From a virus (lineage: Duplodnaviria > Caudoviricetes), in IMG/VR virus record IMGVR_UViG_3300022833_000010, positions 1 to 63,880 of that record: a stretch of DNA of 63,880 nt; one strand, 5' to 3'. This document shows, one piece after another, positions 54,144 through 63,065 of this stretch; position 1 is the stretch's first letter, and each line of letters opens with the position of its first letter. Made by a program: the position numbers and the translations under genes. The notes beneath the pieces are model-generated. The model had not been told where the DNA came from and searched no databases. It was given only the letters and a program-made list of their open reading frames with translations.

Positions 54144-54503
54144 CTAGTAATGACCAGCGTCTTGGCTGTTCAAGAATCCACCCATTAAATCGGCTAACTC
54201 ACGCTTAGATGGGTCAGGGTTGTTCTTCATACGTCTTAGTCGTGTAGTCGTTTGAAACTCTCTAGGAAACTCACAGAATAGGATTGTACAGACTGTCCAG
54301 TTGTGTAAAGTGTTGATTACTACAAAGGCTGCAACTGGTAAAGCAATGACGTACCAACGCCAACCTGTGTGCCAATTGTTTCGCTTGAGCCAGTAGACAC
54401 CACTGTACAGGATGAACACTGGGAGAACTACAATTGCTAGGGATAGGAATACACAGAGGCGTTTGAAGCCAATGACACGGGTTTCTGAGTAGTTGCTGTT
54501 CAT
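54144..54503 (-). CDS. Membrane protein
   Basis: Two hydrophobic segments. Confidence 0.55.
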   Translation of the reverse strand: MNSNYSETRVIGFKRLCVFLSLAIVVLPVFILYSGVYWLKRNNWHTGWRWYVIALPVAAFVVINTLHNWTVCTILFCEFPREFQTTTRLRRMKNNPDPSKRELADLMGGFLNSQDAGHY

Positions 54504-54514
54504 TAAATTATACC

Positions 54515-55516
54515 TTATTTCATTCTGTCTATCGCGGCTTCAAGTGCATCAATGCGGACCAGCGCCTCTTGTAAAGACGCAACCAAGATAGGCGTAAGTT
54601 TTGAATAATCAACCGACTGCATTTTAGGAATAGACCTTGTTCCCATAACTGCTTCTTCAGTTTTAGTGGCAGGAGTTATTTCATACTCTTCGTCAACCAT
54701 AGCATCTTTGGTGCCATTGACAGCACGGGGTAAAACATCCTGTAGTTCGTGAGCAAGAAAACCGTCGTACCATAGTCCATCTGATATAGCTGTGTAGGTG
54801 CAAGGTCTCATAACCTTCACAATGTCAGAAGCGCCTTGGACGGGAGTTACGTTTTCTTTTAGGCGATAGTCAGAGGACGTATTGTAAGATGTATTTGAGG
54901 AATTAACGGCTATTTCACCAACGACACTCCCGCTGTAATAAAACTTAGCAACCTCACCCGTCCCTGAGTGTCGACCAATGTTTAGCGCAGTATCGTTATC
55001 GCATAGGGCCGATAGTCTCCCATCATGCCTTAAAACTGTACCGCTTCCCGATGTGTTGTTAGCTGTGAATGAGTCATCAAGAATACCACCGGCATAAAAA
55101 CCATTATCGTTTAGCCTAACATAAGCCTGCCTCCCAACTCCAAAATAGATATCAGAGTCTGACAGTGTCCCTACTACCAGAGAATTAAGGCGCGTGCCCG
55201 CGAATGTGCCGCCTAAACCATCGCCGTTCTCATTTTGAGTAAGAGAAACAACAGCACTCGTGAGGCCAGCGTCAACGCTAAAGTTCACCGCTGCGCCTCC
55301 GGTTTCTCCACCAGTGTCTGATATATCTCCATTGATATTTATAACAGCGTAACCTTCGCTCTCAACAAAGAAGGTACGGGTGTCTGTTGTACTATTTACA
55401 GCGGGGACTCTTACGTCCCCGTTGGCATCTATTGTTACAACACCGGTTAGACCAGAACCATCACCTGTTGGAGTAAGCACCCCAGATGGAGCTACTTTAT
55501 CTGATAGATTTGCCAT
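54515..55516 (-). CDS. Tail fibre/RBP with peptidase S74 chaperone
   Basis: YNTSSDYRLKENV, GFLAHELQ, VDYSKL.P.LV..LQE. Confidence 0.88.
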   Translation of the reverse strand: MANLSDKVAPSGVLTPTGDGSGLTGVVTIDANGDVRVPAVNSTTDTRTFFVESEGYAVININGDISDTGGETGGAAVNFSVDAGLTSAVVSLTQNENGDGLGGTFAGTRLNSLVVGTLSDSDIYFGVGRQAYVRLNDNGFYAGGILDDSFTANNTSGSGTVLRHDGRLSALCDNDTALNIGRHSGTGEVAKFYYSGSVVGEIAVNSSNTSYNTSSDYRLKENVTPVQGASDIVKVMRPCTYTAISDGLWYDGFLAHELQDVLPRAVNGTKDAMVDEEYEITPATKTEEAVMGTRSIPKMQSVDYSKLTPILVASLQEALVRIDALEAAIDRMK

Positions 55517-55860
55517 TAGACTTCTCCTCCGTTAATATTCATTGCTTTAACAAACAGTTCATCCATTTGTTCATCCGTGTAGTCTAAAGCCCAACCAATA
55601 AGGGAAATATCTTGGCTAAGACGTTTCCACGTAGGACTATCGTCAATAGTCACCTTAACAGAGAAGGGTGTCTCAGGTCCGTCACGGTATGCAAGTACCT
55701 TAGCCCAAGCATCTGAACCCAATGCAATCTTACCTTGTAGAGACGTGCAGGCCATCTGTTGACGGGTTTGCTCAATAGTTAGCGCGCGCCCTAACATTTC
55801 AGACTCTGTCATAGCTACTCTTGTTCTGTTCCCAAGGCCGTCTACAATAATCTTAAACAT
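55516..55860 (-). CDS. Fibre-associated accessory protein
   Basis: Position; Q...AL ... W.R ... L..TDEQMD.LF..A. Confidence 0.55.
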   Translation of the reverse strand: MFKIIVDGLGNRTRVAMTESEMLGRALTIEQTRQQMACTSLQGKIALGSDAWAKVLAYRDGPETPFSVKVTIDDSPTWKRLSQDISLIGWALDYTDEQMDELFVKAMNINGGEV

Positions 55861-56893
55861 AATTAATTCTCCGCTTCATCAATTTAATTAAACCGAGGTC
55901 AAACTCAGCACTGCCACTTGCATAAAAAAGTACGTTTTTTATTTTATCTGGGTTAGATCTTGTATTAGTAACCGAGAAAACAGCTATTGATCCGTTAGAC
56001 GAAGCAGTAAATCCAGACGAGTCTGCATTAGCTTGACCCCCAATCAAACAACTAAGCACACGACCGGACATAGCAACACGAGCAAGTTTTAAGTCAAGAA
56101 GAAAGTTGTTTTCGTTAGCGCCAGCACTCGTAAACGTTACGTCAAACACAGTAGTGCGGGAAGACTGGGCATCCATCTGTATTTCAAGACCAAGACCACC
56201 GGCTTCGTTCATCCCCAAACCGTCACCAAGTAACATATACTCAAAACCGTCAACAAAAGTAACTGAAACACTATTTATGTCACCATCTGTCACGCTGTCG
56301 TAAATAGTGGTTGTAGTCCACTCAACTTCGTTAGTTACAAAGTCTGTAGTAGCAACTTGTGTTGTACTAGTGCCAGCGATCGCTGTTGGTGCTACGGGGG
56401 TTCCTGACAACGTAGGTGAGGTTAGAGTCTTGTTAGTAAGTGTCTGAGTACCAGTTTCAGTTACAGCAGTGCCGCTGAATACACCTACTTGAGCATAAAG
56501 CTGCCAAGTGACACCATCATAAACTAAATCTACAGAAGCACCTCCAATATTAAGGAGCATGTTTTCAGCATCACCTTCAATAGTAGACCCATTGCGAGCT
56601 ACTGTCAAGTTGTTAGCTGACCAGTCACCACCATCACGGATAACAACGTTGTCACCTGTTTCGGGGTTTTGAGGTAAAGTGAGAGTCCAAGCTCCACCGT
56701 CAGTGTCTGCAATAATGCCTTCGCCTGCTACTGCAGTGTAAGTTGTAATCTTCCGTGTAAACTCAATACCACCACCACCGAAGCCAGCGTCAATTAGTGT
56801 TGTAGCTGTAGTAGCGTCTACTGCTGTAATGTTGTTTAGGCTTCGAGCGTTACTAAGAACCTCTGTACCTGCTACTTGAATTGCCATTGTCAT
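55853..56893 (-). CDS. Tail fibre protein
   Basis: DT.GGA.T.TLP..P..GD.V.I.D...W..NNLTV.RNG.TI.G, QTLTNKTL, TTQVATT.FV. Confidence 0.8.
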   Translation of the reverse strand: MTMAIQVAGTEVLSNARSLNNITAVDATTATTLIDAGFGGGGIEFTRKITTYTAVAGEGIIADTDGGAWTLTLPQNPETGDNVVIRDGGDWSANNLTVARNGSTIEGDAENMLLNIGGASVDLVYDGVTWQLYAQVGVFSGTAVTETGTQTLTNKTLTSPTLSGTPVAPTAIAGTSTTQVATTDFVTNEVEWTTTTIYDSVTDGDINSVSVTFVDGFEYMLLGDGLGMNEAGGLGLEIQMDAQSSRTTVFDVTFTSAGANENNFLLDLKLARVAMSGRVLSCLIGGQANADSSGFTASSNGSIAVFSVTNTRSNPDKIKNVLFYASGSAEFDLGLIKLMKRRINYV

Positions 56894-56926
56894 TCTCCTT
56901 TTGAACTAGGCTCGTTTGTTTATTAT

Positions 56927-57220
56927 TTAAGAAATAGTTGCGTTAGTGTTAATATTTCCCTTAACATCTAAATTACCCGCTGCGTCTAGTTTCATTTTAT
57001 TATCGCCGTCTTTAGCAAAGTAAAGAGAGCCTCCTGACTCACTCACAGACCAACCATTATCAGAAAAACTAGAAGACAACTCAATGATTGTACCGCCAGT
57101 TGTCTTAGAGTAGATCTTTTTGTCAGCTAAGTTTACGGCTAACTCTCCCGGTTGAAGGTCTCCAGCTACAGGTACAGAACCTGCCGAAGATGATTTTTTA
57201 TGAATTAATTTAGTTGCCAT
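56927..57220 (-). CDS. Short fibre/adaptor protein
   Basis: N-terminus paralogous to 57689-58687 (P.AGD...GELA.NLAD.KIY.K). Confidence 0.65.
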   Translation of the reverse strand: MATKLIHKKSSSAGSVPVAGDLQPGELAVNLADKKIYSKTTGGTIIELSSSFSDNGWSVSESGGSLYFAKDGDNKMKLDAAGNLDVKGNINTNATIS

Positions 57221-57256
57221 TGGGCTGTTTTCCTGTGTGTTTGAGGAGGGTAAATA

Positions 57257-57613
57257 TTATTGAATATCTACCTTGGGTCCAAATTCTTTTTTAACTTTGG
57301 TCTTTAAACGGTGACAGTTCGCGCATAAGGTTTGTAGATTAACTAAGCTGTTGTTATTATGATCACCATCTATATGGTCAACATCTAGCTGACAACTATC
57401 TATAGCAAGGAAATTACAAGAAACACAAACTTCAGCTTTAATATAAATTCCGTACTTGTTGGTTCTCATCTTTTCACTTCGTCTCTTTAACTTTTCTTTG
57501 TAAAAAGGACTACATTTTTCGCACTTTCGCTTATAACGAGGTAAGCCGTTCTTGTTGTAATCGGCAATACTTACCTTAGTTTTATTACATATAATGCAAA
57601 CTGGCCTATCCAT
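57257..57613 (-). CDS. HNH endonuclease
   Basis: CxxC pairs; QLDVDHIDGDHNNN...NLQTLCANCHRLKT. Confidence 0.9.
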   Translation of the reverse strand: MDRPVCIICNKTKVSIADYNKNGLPRYKRKCEKCSPFYKEKLKRRSEKMRTNKYGIYIKAEVCVSCNFLAIDSCQLDVDHIDGDHNNNSLVNLQTLCANCHRLKTKVKKEFGPKVDIQ

Positions 57614-57688
57614 GTTATAGATACCTTATGATTGTAAGGGGGAGGTCAACCCCCTCACTTTATTTCTTATTGTACGGGCCTTGTGGAA

Positions 57689-58687
57689 TTAATAAGTACC
57701 ACCATCAAGGGTTACGTTTTGAAGGGTCTCGCCGGAGAGATCCCAAGCATCGTCTGTCTCGTTCCAAACGAAAGATACGTTAGCAGAAGTACCACGCTCA
57801 ATTTCAAAACCACCATTCTCAGAAGGTGTTCCAGTTTCATCAGAATTAAGCACAATGATAGAATCACCAATGTTTACTTCGTTAGAGTTGACAGAAGTAG
57901 TAGTACCATTTACAGTCAAGTTACCAGCAAGAACCAAGTTATTAAAAGCAACGTTAGAAGTTGTTGTTAGACCTTGATTGATAGCCTTAACCGCAGACAG
58001 GTTTGTTAGCTCGCTATCCATCAGAGCGCCAGCACTATTAACGTTGGCTGTGTCTGTTACATCTGCTGAAGCTTCAATGCCATTCAGTTTAGTATGATCT
58101 GAATCAGTAAAGGCTTGAGTGTTAGAATTACTTTCATACGCTGATTTAATTTGAGCAGCGGTTTGATCAGCAGTAGCGTTAGACTCAATACCAGTAAGCT
58201 TAGCAGTGTTAGCTGTTACAGTAGAGTTGTTTGCAACTTCAGTGTCAAAGTTACTAACTTGAGAAGCTGCAATAGTGATAGCGGCCTCGTGTTGTGTAAT
58301 CATAGCTTGAGAAACATCACTAGTTTGAATAGTAGAGTCTACCCAAGCTGTACCGTTATAGCGCAAGAACTCACCAGTAGCAGCGGAAGTAATAGTTACA
58401 TCTTCCAAGGCAGATAGTGTTGCGTAACCAGCAGACTTGAAGGTAGAACCGTCGTGGGCCTTTAATACGTTGTTTGTAGTATCGTACCACAAGTCACCTT
58501 CGGCGGGGTTTGCAGGGGCGCTAGAGTCAACATAAGCGCCGTCCAAAAGTACAATAGCGCCGCTATTATCTTTAGCATAGATCTTACGGTCTGCAAGGTT
58601 AATTGCGAGTTCGCCGACATCAATGTCACCAGCTACAGGAGCAGAGCCACTAGTGACGGATTTTTTAAGAATAAGTTTAGTAGCCAT
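57689..58687 (-). CDS. Fibre protein
   Basis: GDLWYDT, KL.GIE..A repeats, GNLTVNGTTT.VN, G.EIERG. Confidence 0.75.
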   Translation of the reverse strand: MATKLILKKSVTSGSAPVAGDIDVGELAINLADRKIYAKDNSGAIVLLDGAYVDSSAPANPAEGDLWYDTTNNVLKAHDGSTFKSAGYATLSALEDVTITSAATGEFLRYNGTAWVDSTIQTSDVSQAMITQHEAAITIAASQVSNFDTEVANNSTVTANTAKLTGIESNATADQTAAQIKSAYESNSNTQAFTDSDHTKLNGIEASADVTDTANVNSAGALMDSELTNLSAVKAINQGLTTTSNVAFNNLVLAGNLTVNGTTTSVNSNEVNIGDSIIVLNSDETGTPSENGGFEIERGTSANVSFVWNETDDAWDLSGETLQNVTLDGGTY

Positions 58688-59145
58688 TAGAATGACCCTC
58701 CAATCAAGTATAGGTTTGAATTAGTTATTTGTGTAGTAGCTTTGTACTTAGAAGAAGAACCATCATACAATAGAATAGACCCATCTGTTTTGTTAGTACT
58801 ATCAATATCAGAGATACTAGCAGTAGTAAGAGTATGAGCTTTGTTTTCCCAGTTAGTTGTGGCTGCGTTATAATACAGCATGTCACCATCTTGTGCAGAA
58901 GTAATCTGAATGTTAGTTAGAGAAGTTGAGTTTGTAGAGACATCTCCAACATTCAAAGAGGTTTCAACTCCTGCATTAAGTATTACTAAGATCAGCTCGT
59001 TGCCACTATTAAGGTAAGCGTCACTGATCGTAGCACCTTGAGAACCTTGCCCACCTACTCTACTAAGAGAAAGGTTTGTTTTATTCTCGCTAATTTCTAG
59101 GTTGTATTCATTAGGTGAAAGCGTTAGGCTATACTTAGTAGTCAT
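58687..59145 (-). CDS. Structural/fibre-associated protein
   Basis: DG..L.Y......W/Y repeats. Confidence 0.6.
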   Translation of the reverse strand: MTTKYSLTLSPNEYNLEISENKTNLSLSRVGGQGSQGATISDAYLNSGNELILVILNAGVETSLNVGDVSTNSTSLTNIQITSAQDGDMLYYNAATTNWENKAHTLTTASISDIDSTNKTDGSILLYDGSSSKYKATTQITNSNLYLIGGSF

Positions 59146-59149
59146 GTTA

Positions 59150-59623
59150 TTAAGCCTCCGAAGGGCTATACAAGACTTCTACGAGTCCACGTAATGGCTT
59201 CCAGATTTGTCTTGCTGATCCAGCACCACCATCATCAATCTCAAGGCCGATAAAACCATAAACGGGTTTATTAGGGGTTGCTTTCTGTGACCAAGAAGCG
59301 GTAAGGTCTTCTGGTAAAACAATCTTAAATACGTTATCAGTTGCGTCTTGATCTAGAATAACTAGTGTTGTAACAATAGGGTTTGTAGCTGTACCGTCAG
59401 GTAACTCACCATCGCCCAAGTTATTGCCTTCAACTACTTTCGCTAAAATGTTAGCATTTGAAAGGTTAGTCATCCAACCTACTGTGAGTTGTATTTGAAT
59501 TTGTTCACCGTCAACAACAGATACCAGAGTAGTACCATCGTCATTAATCGTGTCCTTAGAAGGCGACGATAAACGACTACGACCCATTGGTTGTGCTGTT
59601 GTTGGATTCTTTAGTCTTGCCAT
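59150..59623 (-). CDS. Putative structural protein (BppU-like adaptor)
   Basis: Position; beta-rich, C-terminal P.RG.VE...SP. Confidence 0.45.
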   Translation of the reverse strand: MARLKNPTTAQPMGRSRLSSPSKDTINDDGTTLVSVVDGEQIQIQLTVGWMTNLSNANILAKVVEGNNLGDGELPDGTATNPIVTTLVILDQDATDNVFKIVLPEDLTASWSQKATPNKPVYGFIGLEIDDGGAGSARQIWKPLRGLVEVLYSPSEA

Positions 59624-59672
59624 GTTATTTCCTCTCTCGAACCTCAGTTGGAGTAGTTTGCGTTAGGTTATT

Positions 59673-61007
59673 TTATTTCTCAATTACTTCGAATTGGCCA
59701 CCAGCCTTTAAGGTAATGTTATCAGTGTTAGTTTTATTCTTTACCCAGATTTCAATGCGATCATTTTTAACCATATCGGTAGTACCAGAGAAAGAAACGT
59801 TACTTGCCAAAGTTCCGAGTACCGCTGAAGTGGAAAATGCAGTTACATACTCAGGTCCAACGTTAACGTAACTAGAATCAGAAGACTTAAACTTCCTGAT
59901 CTGTATACCAATCGCGGTGTTAGACCCACCCGAGAAAGACATAGTACCATTAACTCTAGCTCTTATGTTTTGAGTGCTGTCCAACTGTAAGCCATTAGTA
60001 TTAGCAGTACTGAACCAGTAAGGCTCATTTAAGTCCATAACCCCCGTGACCTGTATAAGAGTGTCAATAGTATCTACAACAACAACACTATCAGCTTGTG
60101 GTTGATGGGTAGCCCCTACGTAAGTGTTATCAATGCCCACACAGTCGCGGATTAAAGACTTAATAGAGGTAGCTGGCATGTTGGGTAGAGAGTCAATATT
60201 AGGGTCCGACCTAACGTTGAGCAAAGAGAACCCAGCATCTAGCGTAATGTTACTCGGTGAGAAGTCACAGAAGGAACCGCCGGAAGCATTCAATTTTAAT
60301 ATATTAGCGTTAGAACGGAAAGAGCCGTTGATGGTTAAGTTTGAACCTTCTTTAAACAAAGATCCCGACATAGCAGAACCAACACCAACACTGTTAACTA
60401 AGGCCCAGCCTCCTTCCCAAGTACCATTCATAGTAAGACCATCTACACAGCTTATGAAGCTTGTTGAGTCAGAAAAACCTTGACGATAGTTAGAGACGTC
60501 TCCTAGTTTAGTACAGTTTAAGAAGGCAACACTAACAAAGGTCAAGTTGTCAAGATTCCTTTGATTATCTAGAACCATAACGTTGGAGTTTGCACCAGTA
60601 ATGTTTACAGTAATTTTATTTAAGAAAAGTTCACCAGCGTAGTCTCCTGTGCCTGTAACAAACAAGTCAAAGTCATCTTCTGTGCTTTTTAAAGAAGATG
60701 CACTCTGGCCACTACCAGATATATTTAAACCACCTTCAGGAACTACAATAGAAGTAGCACCCATGTCGATGTTACCGTCAATGTAGTATAACACGTCACT
60801 GCTTAAAGTTCCAGCTAACTGTGATGCTGCCTTAACGTAAATAATAGTATCAGCTACGTCTGGCACGTTAGGTTTATAAGCAATAGATCCTGTTGTGTCA
60901 GTAAGGTATTCTTGGTATCCTTCACCACTACGCACAAAGTAAAGTGTGTCAGCTACGAGTGGAGAAGGTAGTCCTGATATTGCTTTCTCTGTGCGAAAAT
61001 AACTCAT
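59673..61007 (-). CDS. Putative spike/beta-helix structural protein (start revised to MSYF)
   Basis: Y.IDG.ID.G...I.VP.GGL...G.G...S.L pectate-lyase-like start; TAATG coupling. Confidence 0.55.
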   Translation of the reverse strand: MSYFRTEKAISGLPSPLVADTLYFVRSGEGYQEYLTDTTGSIAYKPNVPDVADTIIYVKAASQLAGTLSSDVLYYIDGNIDMGATSIVVPEGGLNISGSGQSASSLKSTEDDFDLFVTGTGDYAGELFLNKITVNITGANSNVMVLDNQRNLDNLTFVSVAFLNCTKLGDVSNYRQGFSDSTSFISCVDGLTMNGTWEGGWALVNSVGVGSAMSGSLFKEGSNLTINGSFRSNANILKLNASGGSFCDFSPSNITLDAGFSLLNVRSDPNIDSLPNMPATSIKSLIRDCVGIDNTYVGATHQPQADSVVVVDTIDTLIQVTGVMDLNEPYWFSTANTNGLQLDSTQNIRARVNGTMSFSGGSNTAIGIQIRKFKSSDSSYVNVGPEYVTAFSTSAVLGTLASNVSFSGTTDMVKNDRIEIWVKNKTNTDNITLKAGGQFEVIEK

Positions 61008-61576
61008 TACCAATCCACACTATCCCAAGCGATTGAAGGGAGTGCGCCGTTATACAGCATTTCACCATCATCGTTTTCAGTAATAAGGTCTAGTTGTGTC
61101 TTGTTAGCATGGCTATGTTTACGAGCTACAGCATCATCAATATCTGCAACAGAGCTAGAAGGACGTCCAACAACATCAGTCCAATTGATAATTACATCAA
61201 GGCTCTCATGTTCAGTGATCTTAGTGTAAGTAGAGTTATCGTTATTCCAGACGTAAGTAGCAGCGCCTGCATCAACAGTACTATCGTCAGTAGCATCAAT
61301 TACGAGTACTTGGGCGTTAGCTGTCAGAGACAAAGCATCACGAGCAGTAATGTCAGCAACAACTTCAAGAGCATTGAGAGTGCTTACTGCAGTATCAATA
61401 AGAGCTTGTACGTCGGACTCATCAATAACACGTTTAACGACGGAAGTATTAGCGCCTGTAATGTATACCTCAACGTAGCTAGGTGTACTAGAGGGGGCGA
61501 CTAAGTAAATAGAGTGTGGTGTTAGCTCTGCTTCTACAGGTAGGGTTAGTTCTTTGAAGATTTTGTATTGTGCCAT
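61007..61576 (-). CDS. Putative structural protein
   Basis: VVADI.ARDAL ... V.V.DAT.D.TV..GAA.Y. Confidence 0.6.
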   Translation of the reverse strand: MAQYKIFKELTLPVEAELTPHSIYLVAPSSTPSYVEVYITGANTSVVKRVIDESDVQALIDTAVSTLNALEVVADITARDALSLTANAQVLVIDATDDSTVDAGAATYVWNNDNSTYTKITEHESLDVIINWTDVVGRPSSSVADIDDAVARKHSHANKTQLDLITENDDGEMLYNGALPSIAWDSVDW

Positions 61577-61588
61577 TAGTAGGTATCC

Positions 61589-61768
61589 TTACCATTTGCT
61601 TGAGGCTAGTAGTGGGTCTGGCAGATAACTATGGGGAATCTTACCTTCTTGGAGTTGTATTTCTGGCGGTGGTCGATAATCACCTGTAGAACCTTGAGCG
61701 CCAACCCCTGATAGTACGAGAGTAAAAGCTAGAGAGTCGTTATCGAGTTTGTATTCAATTAAAGCCAT
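61589..61768 (-). CDS. Small hypothetical protein (59 aa)
   Basis: Not in track; SD GGGAG; MALIEYKLDNDSLAFTLVLSGVGAQGSTGD...SSKW. Confidence 0.6.
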   Translation of the reverse strand: MALIEYKLDNDSLAFTLVLSGVGAQGSTGDYRPPPEIQLQEGKIPHSYLPDPLLASSKW

Positions 61769-61789
61769 AACGACTCCCTTCTTTGTTTG

Positions 61790-61861
61790 TTATTTCTTAA
61801 CGGGTTTCTTTTTAGTAGGTCGCCCTACCTTTTTCCCGTAAGTACCTTTTCCGCTTGGCAT
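61790..61861 (-). CDS. 23-aa basic micro-protein MPSGKGTYGKKVGRPTKKKPVKK
   Basis: SD AAGGA; fills the gap right after terL. Confidence 0.6.
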   Translation of the reverse strand: MPSGKGTYGKKVGRPTKKKPVKK

Positions 61862-61877
61862 AGTAGTATTCCTTAAG

Positions 61878-62381
61878 TTAGAAGCCGAAGCCTCTTGTTA
61901 CGAGTTTAGAACCACCACGAACAGGGAACAAGTATTCTACAGCATAACGTAAACCATCGCTCCAGTGTTCAACACCTTCTTTCTTGCAAATAGTAGCTGT
62001 GTCGGGATTGCTCTCTACCCAAGTAGTTCGTTCAATAGATTTGATAGTATTAACACATCGGGGGTGTATATACATGTCGATATCACCATTGGCGTTCTTA
62101 AATTTCTTATTTACAGCAGCTACACTATCAATAATAGGAGGTGCTTTCTGGTGTGCTTTAGTAATGATCTTATTAGCAGTAAGGATCGAGAAGTCAGTAC
62201 TACCAACAGCAGCAGAAGACTTCCTAGCACGACCACTAGGATCAGGATAAGAAATAATCCGGTGTCCTTTGTAATTGTCTGCTAGCTTACGCGCTAGAGT
62301 TTCTGTATCGGGGTGGCCACTGTATTCATCTAAGATGTGGATTTGGTTGCCTCGTAGTGCAAATACTACGGAAGCCATTAT
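61878..62381 (-). CDS. terL: Terminase large subunit, exon 2 (nuclease domain)
   Basis: IMASVVF ... YPDPSG.ARK ... EH.SD.LRY. Confidence 0.9.
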   Translation of the reverse strand: MMASVVFALRGNQIHILDEYSGHPDTETLARKLADNYKGHRIISYPDPSGRARKSSAAVGSTDFSILTANKIITKAHQKAPPIIDSVAAVNKKFKNANGDIDMYIHPRCVNTIKSIERTTWVESNPDTATICKKEGVEHWSDGLRYAVEYLFPVRGGSKLVTRGFGF

Positions 62382-63065
62382 CGTTCGTGTTCACTAAAGT
62401 TCGTTAGGCTTTAGCCGTTATTTTCTGAGTTTATTGTTGATCTATTCATTTGAGTATTGGTTAACATAACCATCCTCGTAGGTCTCTACTGCGTGGCAAT
62501 TAGCACACAGCACCCTACATCGAGCTAGTTCCTCATCAATCCTTTTGTAGGACCAACTACTGTCGTAGGCGGAGCCTCCCTTAAGACGATCTGTTTTGCT
62601 AGATCCTACGTGGGCTAGTTGAAGTGCTGCAGGGTGTTTGTTATAACTACACTCTTCACAGCCTATAACTTGTTTGTAGTCTCTGATGTAGCTTACTTTA
62701 GCCTTGCGCCTAGCGTTCTGCGTGATATTGAAACAGGGTTGGCATACCTTGCGCTTTATCATTATTTCGTTTTCTTTACACAATAAACATTTTTCCATTT
62801 TAATCTCCTTGTGAGACTCAGAAAGTAACTGCTCATAGTTTCCTATGAGACCAGACTATATCTTACACAGCAAATAATAACTGTGTCCTCGCGCTTCCAC
62901 TCACTTGAGTGTACTTCCTAGTAGACTTGCTACCGTAACGGAATAGTCGTTGCACGTTCAACTTAGTATAATAACTAAGAGGCTTCGCTCAGGGTTGCCT
63001 TGCACTGTAATAGTGTTTAGGGTTTCTCTGAATTCACGAGATTTAGAGTCGGCTAATATAAAATC
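62382..63065 (-). mobile_element. Group I self-splicing intron in terL
   Basis: P1 GUCGGU/GCCGAC with U-G at the 5' splice site; P AATTCAGAGAAACCCT, Q GGCAACCCTGAGCGAAGC, R GTGCAACGACTA, S AAGATATAGTCT; P9 GAAA loop; terminal G at 62382; splicing restores IDFNVG-IMASVV in frame. Confidence 0.92.
62442..62798 (-). CDS. Intron-encoded HNH homing endonuclease
   Basis: CxxC...CxxC, GCEEC...ALQLAH, C.VLCANCH; looped out by GTTACTTTCTGAGT/ACTCAGAAAATAAC. Confidence 0.85.
   Translation of the reverse strand: MEKCLLCKENEIMIKRKVCQPCFNITQNARRKAKVSYIRDYKQVIGCEECSYNKHPAALQLAHVGSSKTDRLKGGSAYDSSWSYKRIDEELARCRVLCANCHAVETYEDGYVNQYSNE

Noticed and set aside
62958-63065. C-terminal extension of the terL ORF (DFILADSK...)
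   Set aside because: Read-through into intron RNA (P1 to Q elements)
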